From Adineta vaga (Eukaryota; Animalia; Rotifera), in NCBI GenBank assembly GCA_021613535.1, contig CP075492.1, positions 10,168,001-10,232,000 on the forward strand: a stretch of DNA of 64,000 nt, given 5' to 3'. The translations under genes were made by a program, and so were the position numbers. The notes beneath the pieces were generated by a model, which was not told the DNA's origin, made no database searches, and worked only from the letters and a program-made list of their open reading frames with translations. Of this stretch, positions 41,130 through 53,765 are shown piece by piece; position 1 is the stretch's first letter; each line of letters begins with the position of its first letter.

Positions 41130-41751
41130 ATGTCATCGACAAACTCTTTACACGCAGCTTGTAAAAAGCAATGATGTAAGTCAAGTAAGACAATTAATAA
41201 CTCGACTAAGTAAAAATGAACTTAATGCCTACACGAAGCGATGATCATAATCGTATAGCATTACATATTGCTGCATTCTATATGGATATGAAGATATTGA
41301 ATGTAATATTCCAAAACAATGGGGTTCATTGGCGAAAGATGAAACACCGGAGAAATTCAACCATTTATTTGATGAATCTTTAGAATGATTTGATACATAT
41401 AAATATGCTTATCGAATAGCTTATGAATGTCAAAATTATTTGAAACAATGGTTAACGAAAGTAACTTTTCGAAAATTAATCAAAGAAATTCATGAATATA
41501 TTGAAAATATGTATTTCGATAAAAATGACAACAATTTAATTCAAAACGATATCAAACAAGCGATAGAAACTAATGATCCAATTCCATTAGTTCGTACATG
41601 TACAGAAAAAACATCTTTCGTTACGAAATTAAATGAAGATTTAGCTAAGGAAAATTCTGATTTTCGTTTTAATTTTACTTTTACAATAATCAATAGAAAT
41701 TCTCGTCATAACGAACACCAAAAGGTTTCGGGTGTGGGTGGGTGCATGTAG
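41130..41751 (+). pseudogene. Decayed ankyrin-repeat gene, probably of the ankyrin + ADP-ribosyltransferase type, truncated
   Basis: Broken-frame LHAACK...ND, ALHIAAFY/GYEDI ankyrin motifs with frameshifts and stops; then DPIPLVRTCTEKTSFVTKLNEDLA (YT..T.F...LN-like helix seen before ART domains); ends at a GT-rich hairpin. Confidence 0.6.
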
Positions 41752-41903
41752 TTGATAAGATGACACACCCACACCCTCACACCCACCCAGATGATCTAAT
41801 ATTTCGGATTTATCTATGGTTCAATGAGACTTTTCATTTTAGAAAATAAAATCGAAAAAACCTTTTCTGCGATGTGGCTGAGATCTTCGATGGCGGATCC
41901 TTT

Positions 41904-42316
41904 CTTAAAACTATGTATTACAAATATGCTAAATATGGTAATGTATTTTTGTGCAAGCAAACATTCATAACTCTATAGTTACCATCTGTGATTTGCGAAG
42001 TAGGATAAATACGCCTCCAATCGACTTTTGACGAATATCTTGTTTGACATCTTCAATTTAGAGAACAAAGTGTATTCAAATACAACTAAAAAACAACAAA
42101 AATATTTACACACGAAATATGATATCGAATGCAAACTTGTTGAGTGAATATGCAGTATTATTCATATCATCTAACCAACTAACTAACTAACTAAAAATAT
42201 AACTCGAATCAATGATGACAAGTCAGATTTCAAAATCAATATTTTCGATGGAATATGAAGAAGTTAAAAGCAGTTGAAGGAGTGAGAGATGATTTGTACA
42301 TTCATAAATTCAGATC
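41904..42316 (+). repeat. Non-coding dispersed repeat, copy 2 (left arm of the inverted repeat)
   Basis: 42045-42316 is the reverse complement of about 47760-48032 with few mismatches. Confidence 0.9.
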
Positions 42317-42574
42317 GATGGAACTGGCGTCGATGAATGCGAAACGATGATATGGATGGAATAGCTTCATCTATCTTGAGTCTCTACAAATTCTTATCTT
42401 CATGATGATCTATCTTTGCATATAATACTTGTTAGATAGAATTGTGAAAACCTTAGATATTCGACTTGATTGATCATTTAACAATTGTATATTGCTGTTT
42501 AGATTTAAGTGTATATCTAATTCGTCGAACAAACAATTTTAACTGCGTATTCGAATCTTTCAACAATATTCATT

Positions 42575-44532
42575 ATGTTTAGGTAACGTACATTATGCAT
42601 TTTTATGTTTAATACCACTGTTTTTTTTGTTCAGTTGGACATGGTCAGTCAGTCTGACTTTATTCTGCTGGTGTGTTGTGATTCAAACAGAAGGCAAACA
42701 ATTGGTTTCAATTGATTCCATATCTACAAAACAAGATTCACTTGGAGAAAGTAAAAGCCTCGGTAAGTTGTTTCTCATAATCAAGTCTGAAAATTTGATA
42801 AGATGATGTAATTGAATCTACGTCCGAACATATGGTTTATAATTCTAATAGTGTTCTATGTGAACTGAAAATTATATATTTAGCTCCACATTGTATGGAT
42901 CATGTAAGAAATCAGGATGAAAGTGATGTTGATTGCGGTGGTGAAACATGTCCAAAATGTAAGAATGGAAAAGTTTGCAATGAAGATTGTGATTGTATGA
43001 CTAATACGTGTAAAGACGGCAAATGTGCAGGTAAGTTATTAACATCGATGAGTTCGACATATCACATGTTGTATCATTTTAGCATTTGAATCATGTGATG
43101 ATAACATTAAAAATCAAGATGAAACAGATGTTGACTGTGGTGGATCTCAATGTCCTGCATGTGAAGATTCGAAGACATGCAAGGAACATAAGGATTGTAA
43201 TAGTGGTCTTTGCAAAAAGAAGAGATGTGTTGGTGAGTATTTGAAAATTGAGGATGTGCAACTAGAAATGGAAGATTTGCTCGTTTAGTTGTGGAATCAT
43301 GCGATGATGGCATCAAAAATCAAGATGAAAGTGACGTTGATTGTGGTGGTATTAAATGTCCACGATGTGAACATTGGAAAAAATGCAAAGCTGATTGTGA
43401 TTGTATCGGTGATTCTTGCAAGAATAAAACATGTATAGGTAAGAAGCTTACTAAGATTCATACGAACAATATTATATCAATTCGTTTCTATAGGAGCGGA
43501 ATCATGTGTAGATGGTATTAAAAATCAAGATGAAACTGATATTGATTGTGGCGGTGATAAATGTCCCAAATGTGAAATTACGAAAGTTTGTGACGATGAC
43601 TGCGATTGTCACAATGGTGTGTGCAGAAATAATACATGTGTTCGTAAGTATGGACCTATTTCTTCTTGAATTGGGATTATACATAATTGAAAACAGGTAA
43701 ATAATCAGTACAACTCATTATAAATTTGTTCTCATTTAGCTAATTGTGTTCCTGAATGTCAAAATAATGGTGTTTGTACTATTCATAGAAACTGTAGTTG
43801 CCCAGTTGGTTTCACTGGTGCTAGCTGTGAAGTTCGTACGTACTTAAATTCGTTCTGTATTTCTGTTCTACATTTCATATTCTATCATTTTAAGAATCTG
43901 TTGGTTTATGTCATGATAATGAAACACTTGGTACAGAGCCAATTCTTTTAATCACATTCGGTAATGGACAACCTCAATACTCGAGAGCTAAACCTTCTGA
44001 GTTCAACTTTACTACAACATATAAACAACGATTTGAACCTGTAACTAATGATGGAATGTTTAGTTTTGTTAATGCTGTTCACAATGACTTCTACAATACA
44101 TGGCATACGAATGCCACGGATCATACAGAAGATGATGGTGGATACATGCTTTTAGTCAATGCTGATTATCGACCGGGTGAATTTTACAAAGGACAAGTGG
44201 ACAATCTATGCGTCGGTTTACGTTATGAATTCTCTGTATACTTAGCAAATGTTTGCACACCACCTGACCGAATTAAACCAAATGTTCGATTTGAAGTTCG
44301 AAGTCCAACAACTGGAAATCAATTACTTGCTCGATTACTTTCTGGTGAAATACCAGTTCAAAACAAATTGACATGGCATAAGTATGGTCTTTCATTCATT
44401 GCACCAAGTAGTTCAGTTGTTCTATTAATGATTTCTGATGCACGTGGAGGCATGGGCAATGATATTGTTATAGATGATATTGCATTACGTGTTTGTTCAC
44501 ATGAAGGTTCAGGTTTCTGTCCAGCAGAATAA
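42575..44532 (+). CDS. Secreted protein: signal peptide, 4 DCGG cysteine-rich repeats, EGF domain, C-terminal Bacteroidota-like lectin/beta-sandwich domain (8 exons)
   Basis: MFSWTWSVSLTLFCWCVVIQTEG; four C.D..KNQDE.D.DCGG..CP.C exons, all phase 1; EGF CQNNGVC...CSCPVGFTGASCE; DHT..GGYMLLVNA...PGEFY...LC.G..YEFS...GNDIVIDDI. Confidence 0.85.
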
Positions 44533-45107
44533 TGTCGTATTAATTCAAGAAACATTCGATCATTATAAATGACCATACTTTTTCTTTTCCATTGAGTATT
44601 CTCTGTTGAATTTCTTTTATCTCATAACTATAAATGGGTTTGCTTTCTCAAGAGGAAAACTTACGTTTCGCACCACCTCATCATTCCGAATTCCCAGAAA
44701 AAGAAAGAAAAAATTCCGGCATATTGTTCGAAATAGCAAAGATCTTCAGGGCGTTGGTAGAGATGAGGATCTGGACGATTGGACACTAACTAGTATATAA
44801 TGTTAACCTATGCCTACCCACATTCATTCTCACCTATCATTGGTCTGATCCACACCCACACCCACACCCTCAAGAAACGTAATTTATCCTTTTAAGACTT
44901 TTGAATTTATATCTGACATTTCATTTCATCTATCGTATGATACAGTTTTGATCGAGCCGTTGTACAAAAAAGTTACATCTGAATTCTTACGATGTCATGT
45001 AACTTTTATTTTTTATTGACGCATATGACTAATAAAATGTTGAGCAATTTGCTTAGCAAATGAATGGAACATATTTATATAATAATATTATCATTATTAA
45101 ATCACTT

Positions 45108-47537
45108 TCAAAAGGTATTGCGTAGTATGAGTATGCAAAAAGTTGAAAGAAGAGTAGAGAAAATAATGACTGATGTCTCATATGTAACTGTTGATATTGT
45201 CGAACTCTTAAGTGGATGATAGACGAAATCATGAATGATAATTTCAATTGGTTTGCTATTACTTGGAAAACGATCATTGTTATCCATATGAAAGATCCAT
45301 AAATTCATATGTATTGGTGCTGACATTTGAGGTACTGCTTTTGAAAAGCTAGTCGATGATTGCCATGATTGAATTATGTTACTATCGTCATTTCGAAATC
45401 CAGAGATAGACTTAAATATGACTGATTCCGACGACCAAATAAATCGTTGGGTTGTATAGATACTCGTTTGATTGTAAATGAGTGCAGTTCCGCTTTTTGG
45501 TTCGTTATCTTTTGTTGGCCAAACATTGTAGAATAGATTTGGTGTTGTTGATGAATTTGATCCCCATCGAGTGAACTCAATGTCGATCTCATTGGTTTTA
45601 TTTATACCCGTTATCAATAAACTAGACGTATACAAGCTCAAAACGGCTTTCGGATCTAAAACATTGAGAAATGCTTCGATTTGCCATTGAAAAGTGCCAA
45701 AATTAAAACGATTTGCTGTATACAATGCTGCACTTGTCCAAATATCAGATGTATTGATTATTCGAAGATGTAATAGACCTTTATCATCAATCCATACGTT
45801 ATCAGTCAAGTAATTGTTCAATCCTAGGTAGAAAACAACATTTAGATATTCAAATTTACTGACCTCATATTTAAAAAATTGTTGAATCGAAAAAAATGAG
45901 AAAGAGAGATACCTGGCGCATTGCTTAGATCGTTACGAAGACACCAAGTATAGCCTTTCCACACAATTGACTTTGATGGACAGGTGCCATTCAATGTTAC
46001 TAAAAATGGATTATATATTAGGATTAATAAAGATATTCATCAATATCGTTACCTGTTGTTGAGGTAGATGTCGATGATGTTGTAGTACTACTTGATGTAG
46101 TCGAAGTTGAAGATGTTGTCGTTGAGTTAGTACGTAAAGTTGTTGAGGTCATAGTGATATCTGTTGAAGTAACAGTCCAGGCTGATGTTGTTGTATTTAT
46201 GATTGACGAAATTGTAGTCGTATTGAAGGTAGTTTTAGTGGGATTTGTGGAAATGACAGATGTTATTTCTGTCGTTGTATCTGTATTTGATACGATCGTA
46301 GTCCAGTTGCCTTCGAAAGAGGCTATAAAAAAGTTACAGGTAGAAAATAAATCTTCACCATTACCATGTTCGAAGTTTTCTATTCAAAGATAGTTCTATA
46401 CACTGCAGTTCAATCTGTAAATCTTATAACAATATCAACTCAACACAAGTCTTGTTCTCAATGTAAATTACAAAATAGTTTTCTATTATTGTCTGATCGG
46501 AACTTCATTGAAGGATGATACTTACAAGTACATTGATTATTTTCACATAAACCACTAATACAATCACAGTCATCATCACACAACTTCAAATCTTCGCATT
46601 TGGCACATTGATCACCACCACAATCGATATCTGTTTCTTCTTGATTTTTCATACCATCCATACATGATTCTGCCACTAAATAACGAAATGACTTCGAATT
46701 TTAGTTATACAAATACTTTACTACTCACCAGCACAAGTCTTATTTTTACAAGTATCACTAATACAATCACAGTTATCTTTACATTTTTTCCAAAGGGCAC
46801 ATCGAGGACATTTGACTCCACCACAATCAATATCACTTTCATCTTGATTCTTGATATTATCTTCACATGATTCCACAACTAAACGAGTAAGTCTGCCGAT
46901 CTTCTGGATATACTCATAAGATTACTCACTGGCACATTTCTTTCTTTCACAAAGAACACTGTCGCAATCTCTATGTTCCTTGCATGCCTTGAGATCTGCA
47001 CATCCAGGACATGTTAAACCACCACAATCAACATCTGTTTCATCTTGATTTCTAATATTGTCGTCACATGATTCAAATACTAAAATGGCGCAATAGATTA
47101 TACGTGACAAAAACAAGATTCGTAGACTTACAGGCACATCTTTTCTTTCTACAGGCATTTGTCATGCAATCGCTGTCTTCATCGCAATTCTTTCCAATGT
47201 CACATTTTGGACATACCTCACCACCGCAATCAACATCACTTTCATCTTGATTTTTTGTATGATCGACACAGTGAGATACTAAAAAGATTCGTGTCGATTT
47301 TATGAAAGAACAATAAATAAATAGAAAATACAAACTTTTGATTTTCCGAGGCGAAACTTCTTTTGGAGATATTGAATCGGTAGGTACTTGCTGTTTACTC
47401 TCTGTGGAGTCACAACACACCAACAGAAGAATCCCAACCAGAATAACCACATCCAACTAGAGCATTCGCAAAATACTCAACTAGTTAGAGTTACTGATCG
47501 ATACATCAAACTCTTACCTGGATGTAGTGAGCATCAT
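45108..47537 (-). CDS. Secreted/anchored protein: signal peptide, 4 DCGG repeats, Ser/Thr mucin stalk, GH16 glycoside hydrolase domain, hydrophobic C-terminus (GPI or TM) (9 exons)
   Basis: Paralogous DCGG exons; WKGYTWCLR..NAPG..NVWIDDKGLLHLRI...NEIDIEFTRWG (GH16 ExDxE)...PIHMNLW; hydrophobic tail VIIFSTLLSTFCILIL. Confidence 0.85.
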
Positions 47538-47759
47538 TTGAGATCAGAATGAATGAATAATAATCGTATAGGGTTAGAAATATCTGTCAAAAAAAATTTA
47601 GATTTTTAGTCAAATCTAGAAAGAAATATCAGCTCTTGATATAGTAATTTGAACGTTTGAAGAGCTACGCGAAGAGGACGATAACTGTATTGAAGAAGAA
47701 CTTCGAAATTTAACCTATATTTATTATTTCGTTTATCATAAACCAACGGGAATTACACA

Positions 47760-48032
47760 GATCTGAATTTAACAAATGTACATATCATCTCTCACTCCTT
47801 CAACTGCTTTTAACTTCATCATATTACATCGAAAATATTGATTTTGAAATCTGACTTGTCATCATTGATTCGAGTTATATTTTTAGTTAGTTAGTTAGTT
47901 GGTTAGATGATATGAATAATACTGCATATTCACTCAACAAGTTTGCATTCGATATCACATTTCGTTTGTAAATATTTTGATGTCTTTGAGTTATATTTGA
48001 ATACACTTTGTTCTCTAGATTGACGATGTCAA
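47760..48032 (-). repeat. Non-coding dispersed repeat, copy 3 (right arm of the inverted repeat)
   Basis: Reverse complement of 42045-42316. Confidence 0.9.
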
Positions 48033-48407
48033 GTAAGATACCCATCCAAAATTGATGAGACGGATGTGCGTGGGAACGTTCTACAAAGATTGTTTTCATG
48101 AATATATGTCATAGTTTTTACCGCTATGATGTACATTTTAATAGCAAAATAATATTAGAACAATACGTAAGATCGAAGTTTATGTATGTTTAGCAATCAC
48201 CACAAGAAGTTGTATTACAATTATATACATAATTCATTATGCTTGAAAATGTGTTTGCTTATATCAATCAGATGAAGTGATCAATATTCATTAATATACA
48301 TATAACTGTAGGTTTTATTACGAAGTATCATAAAGAATGAAACAATAGTCGAAGAATTTTCGCAACCTATGTGTGAAATGAATCATTCTTTTAATGGCTA
48401 TAAATTT

Positions 48408-48540
48408 TTAAAATAATTCAGTACTTAAGAATGTACCCAATTTTTCTCTAAGGTACATTCTATTGCGTCTTTCTGAATCTTTACATCCAATAAGGGCGGC
48501 ATCGATGATGTTAATCTTGATAGGTTCATCAAAATTTTTC
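48408..48540 (-). pseudogene. Degenerate relic of the KIZ 5' coding region
   Basis: KDSERRNRMYLREKLGTFLST resembles KIZ LKSEEQRIQLDQKLNSLFT and sits in the same position relative to the duplicated promoter. Confidence 0.45.
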
Positions 48541-48701
48541 TTCTCTAACAACAATAACAGCAACGATAAAAGGTACAAAGAATAGTTCACATATATTGTT
48601 ATATGATAAAAAGTAAAAACAATTGCTCACAGATTCTTGCCTTTCTTCCTTTCTGTCTCTTCCATTCTTTTTCTTTCTTTTTCTCTTTTCTCAAATATAT
48701 G

Positions 48702-48716
48702 GTTGTCAAGAGTAAC
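48702..48716. promoter_or_regulatory. X-box-like motif upstream of the ANKRD26-like gene (copy 2)
   Basis: Identical 15-mer GTTGTCAAGAGTAAC to 38190-38204, within a diverged direct repeat. Confidence 0.55.
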
Positions 48717-48967
48717 CGTTGTGCTACTCTGTGTCGCTCGTGTTGCTTTAATCTGACAGCGAAGAAGAATGTCTTTAGTTTAAACAAATTCAACGATTCG
48801 AGAAGAAAAAAAACATAAATAAGTGATTAACAAAGAAGCAATTTGATTTATTGAAGACATACGAAGAATAATTCGTTTTTGTGCATGTAAATAGTAATTT
48901 ATTTTTCCTTTTATTTTCATTTGTAATCATCGATGGTTGTTTTTAGATTATTTAAAAAAATTTACAA

Positions 48968-51900
48968 ATGGCTAAATTTATCTCACGTTTATTTCGAAGT
49001 AATTCTTCATCAAGAAATCCTTCTTTCAATTCTTCTCAAACATCACTAAATGATAGTCAAAATCGAAATCGATCAACCAGTAATATACGAACTACAACAT
49101 CATTAGAAAATCTTTCATCGTATCATGTTATTCCCAAAGAATTAGAAAAAAATAAATTACATAAAGCATCATGGGAAGGAAATGTCAATAAAGTGATTCG
49201 TCTAGCAAGACCAGGACAAATCAATATAAAAGATCAACAGAATCGTGTATGAACAATATTCTTTTTCTGCATTTTCATGTTCTACAAATTTTTATTTGTT
49301 TATAGACTCCATTGCATTTAGCTGTTGTCAAAGGACATCTACAAATTGTGAAACATCTTGTTCAGGAAGATGCAAAACTTGATGTTGTCGATAGTGATCA
49401 ACGAACACCGTTGATCAAAGCTGTTCTTAGTGGTAGTCAAAATCCTGCGTTAAACTATCAAATTTGTGAAGTGTTAATCAAAGGTGATAATGGTGCTAGT
49501 AAGTCGTTCGATTGATTCATGAGAGTGGCATTAAATATTTTATTTTCATAGCTATTAATCTTTGCGATAGACAAGGACGAAATGCTTTACATTATGCGAT
49601 TGATTATGGCAATGAACAACTTGTAAATCTTCTTCTTTCAAATGAAAACTGTGATCCAAATTTAAAAGATCATGAAGAAAGAACACCATTGCATTTAGCT
49701 ATCAAAAAAAATAGTATACCAATTGTTCGATCATTACTATCCGATGAACATGAACAACAAGCTGATCCCAATCTAGTTGATCGCAATGGACAAACTCCAT
49801 TACATGTTGCAGCCAGTGTTGGTTATACTGATATTGTTCGACTTCTATTAGTATCGGATCTTGAAGAACCATGTGATCCATCAATAGTTGATTCTCAACA
49901 AGTAACAGCGTATCAACTTGCGAAAGCAAACCATCAAGAAGTATGTGCGAAATTAATTGAAGAATATCAAGAAAAATGGTATAAAAAAGCACCACGAAGG
50001 CCAACAACAGCATCGCTTAATGAGCAAATATCTGCAAGAGGAGCAACGTCAATATCTATGACGCCAGCTGCGAATCTTCAACGTCCAAGTGATGATACAA
50101 GTGATGATTCGTCGTCAATCTCAGCAAATAAACCATTGAAATTGTCACCAAGACGTATAGTACAACGAACAAGTGATCAATGGTCGGATGACAATGGTCC
50201 GTCTGTAAGTGTGTCGAAACCAGAATCTCATGGCTTAACAAATTTGTTCAAAAGTAATCCATTACAAATGGAACGAATTAAAACAAATGAAAATTCAACA
50301 TTAACTAATCTAATGACGAATAATCCACTAAAAACTGATTTAAAGAAAGTAACATCATCAGGCAAACCTACATCACGTAAGTTATACGATATAAAGGAAT
50401 CGCTAGTCATCGATTCGTTTTCTCCACTTTTTATTCTCATTAGCTCAACAAAGACATCCATCATCCTCTTACTTCGGTATTGGACCGGTGATTGAACGTA
50501 CAGGCAGTGATAATACATCCACTAGTGTATCAATTGATAAATCTGTTATACCAGCAGCATCGCGAACTCAACAAAATAAACCTATCGGAACGAATGCAAA
50601 TACAACAGTTCTTCATCAGATAGTACCGAATACGAAATCTTGGTCGGATGATACAATAACAGCACCCCATCCGATAGCGAAACCATCAGCATTGAAGAAA
50701 CAAATCTCTCCTGATGACACATGGAATTCATCAATATCTGATGATGATCGAAATGTAATTAAACCTAAATCGGCCATATCGACGTTACAGAAAACTTTAC
50801 CATTTACACCTTCGACAAATTATCAAATACATTCGGATAGTGCCGACGATGATGATGATGAAGATTCAGTTGAAACTGAAATTCGAAAACTTGATGCACA
50901 AAAAACATCGACTGCTTCAACAACGCAAGCACTAGTTAATACACATATTGGAAGTGGTTATAAAGTAATCGGACTAACTGAAGCTCATTCTGTACTAAGT
51001 GATGATTCTTCTTGGACACCATCACCTGCATTAGGAAATAAAGAGCCTACAACCAAAGGAGTTCGAAATCTCGTACAGAAAGCGGATGATTCAACATGGG
51101 ATGATTCTCGACCATTGAGTATTGAACCAAAAGAAAAGTCAACTGTTAAAAGTATCTCAAGTCTAGTAACGAATCAACCAAATCTACCCGAAGCAAAATC
51201 AACAGGAGTTGAAAATTTAACGAAGATGATGACATCGATCATACATCCAATCAAGTTACCGTAAGATCACAAAATATTTCTGACAATTTCTTCATTTCAT
51301 TTTATTTTGTTCTTCAAGATCAACATCACCGAAAATGATTGGTAAATTAATCGTGTCTCCTATGGTTGAACGTACTGATTCTGTTTTATCTGAAAATACA
51401 TTACATGAAGTGGATAATGATGATGATGATTATGATTATGAACGTAAGAATTCGTTTCCGTTTTTATTCAGCTAATTCTTTTTTATCTCAATTCTTAGGA
51501 AGTTGGAACAAGAAGAAGAAGAGTGAAGAATGGTCTGTTACAGCACCAATTGGACAAGATTTTAAAACATTACAACAACTAGCACGACCAACACTACCTG
51601 GTGATAAAACAAGTTTACATGATTCGATATCATCAATAAAATCATCGACTAATGATGTAAGAAAAAGTTATTTTAGTTGAAACAAAATTGTGCTTTGTGT
51701 TCTTCATACCATAGATCAATGAAATGAAAGAGAATATCAAACGACTTGAACGTCAACAAGAAGATGCTCATGAATTAAAACGACAATTAAAAGAAATGGA
51801 AAATAAAAAGAATGATTTCGAAAAATTATATCGAGAAAACAATCAAATGTTACGTGATGTTGAAGTTAAATTAGAATTAGAAAAAACGGAAAAACAACGT

Positions 51901-53623
51901 TTAGAATCAACGACCAAAGATCTGAATATTGAATTAAGAAATATAAGACAACGACTTCAGCATTTAGAAGATGAGAAAGACTCATTAAATCGACGTAATA
52001 CACAATTACAAGAAGAAAGAGATAATCATGGTAAGTATTATCAATCTTTTTCAAGGGAAAAATTTATTCTGATCGTATCTTTTCAGAGAAAAAAGTACGT
52101 TCAATTCAAGCAAAGAGTTTACATTCAACATCATCAAGTTCAACGTCCGATGATGATGATGATAATGACAAGACCGAATCTCGACATCGTGAGGAAATGA
52201 AATCTCTATCAGCAGCCAAGGATGATCTTCATCATCGTACGAAACAATTTCAAACTGATGTACAATTACATAAAGAATCTGTTGATGCAACAAAACGTTA
52301 TCAAATGGATTTAGAAAAAGCTCTACAAGATAAACTATTTTTTCAACAAGAATTAGATCGTTTAAAACGCGAGAAAAATCTTGTTGAACATGAAAAACTT
52401 GAATACAAGAGTAAATATGATGGTTTACAAGAAGAAATACGTTTAATTCTATTCGATCGTACAAAACTTGAACAAAGTCTTACAGGAGAATTACAAGAAC
52501 ATATTCAAGAAAAACAACGATCGACGGATGATATAAAAAAATATCGGAAAAAAATTGAAGAATTGAATATTAAATTAGGTGATGCAGAAGCACGTCTGAT
52601 GGTTTTGCAAACACAAAATGAAGACTTATTAGCATCAAAAGATCGTCAAATTAAGGATGAATATGAAACACTTGCACAACGTTTAAATAAAACCGAATCT
52701 GATCAAATTGATGCCACACAACGTTATCATAATCAACATAAAGAAATAACCAATAAACAACATACAATTAATGGAACATTGTCTGCTCTAACATCAACAC
52801 CATTAACAAGTAAACCACCAATTGTTAACCAATCAATTAGTACTATTACATCGACACCATTAACTCCTGGTCATCAACATCAACATCAACATACAACGTA
52901 TGTTCTATTCGAAAATCTTTTCATAATAGAGATAGAGATTTATTTTTTAGATCGTCTGCATGTACGAATTGTAATACATTACAGCGAAGTTATGACCTAG
53001 AACGTGAATCTCGCTTACAAACCGAACAAGATAATGACCGTTTACGACAGAGTCTTTCTCGTCAAGATGCATATCAGCATCTAAATCGAACAGTTCCACA
53101 AGAACAACATAATGAACATTATTTAATAAAAAATTCTCAACAAATTCGTTCCGATACTGAACGTGTTAAATCCGAACTTGATCGTTTACGACAAGATTTT
53201 GATAGTTTAGTTGCTAATTATGAACCAACTAATTCTTCACATCATCAAGCACAATTACATACTCAAATAGATACATTTCGTCAATTTTATGAACAAGAAT
53301 TTCGACAACGACAACTGACAATGTCAAAAATAACAGCTGGAGTTAAACCAGCTCGAACAATAAATTATCATCGATCATTACCTGCAACTTATTATGATCA
53401 TGCACATAATAGTACTGCACCGTGTACAGCTTGTATCAATAGTCGTTTACTGAAAGGACGACTTGAAACTGCTATTGATACAAGCTTAGCTGACCAACGT
53501 TTACAATCAATAAAACAAACAGCTCCTTTACCACGACAAGCATCAGCTCTATTAAGAATTAATACAACTCATAATGGTTTAACATCATCTGTTGAAATTC
53601 TTCCTCCACATAATGACGTTTAA
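48968..53623 (+). CDS. Ankyrin-repeat and coiled-coil protein, ANKRD26-like (multi-exon)
   Basis: KLHKASWEGNVNKV...DQQNRTPLHLA ankyrin N-terminus resembles ANKRD26; long S/D-rich linker; C-terminal coiled coil. Confidence 0.72.
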
Positions 53624-53765
53624 AAATCAAGAACAGTGAATTCCATCCTTTTTTATACGCGAATTTTTGTTTTTTTTAGGTGATAGAGTTTTACTATTTC
53701 TTCGGAATATTTTGAGGTGCTTTGTTCTTTTCTTTTCTATTAAAATCATACAAATATTCTTTCAG

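Noticed and set aside
46154-46393. Val-rich + strand ORF
   Set aside because: Antisense shadow of the Thr/Ser mucin-stalk exon.
23400-47412. Programmed frameshifting or RNA editing as a common explanation for the four short deletions
   Set aside because: No shared slippery motif; all are 1-2 nt losses, two of them in dinucleotide runs, which fits consensus errors better. Reads are needed to decide.
38771-48032. Island as an autonomous transposon
   Set aside because: No transposase, reverse transcriptase, integrase or Rep/helicase coding sequence seen.
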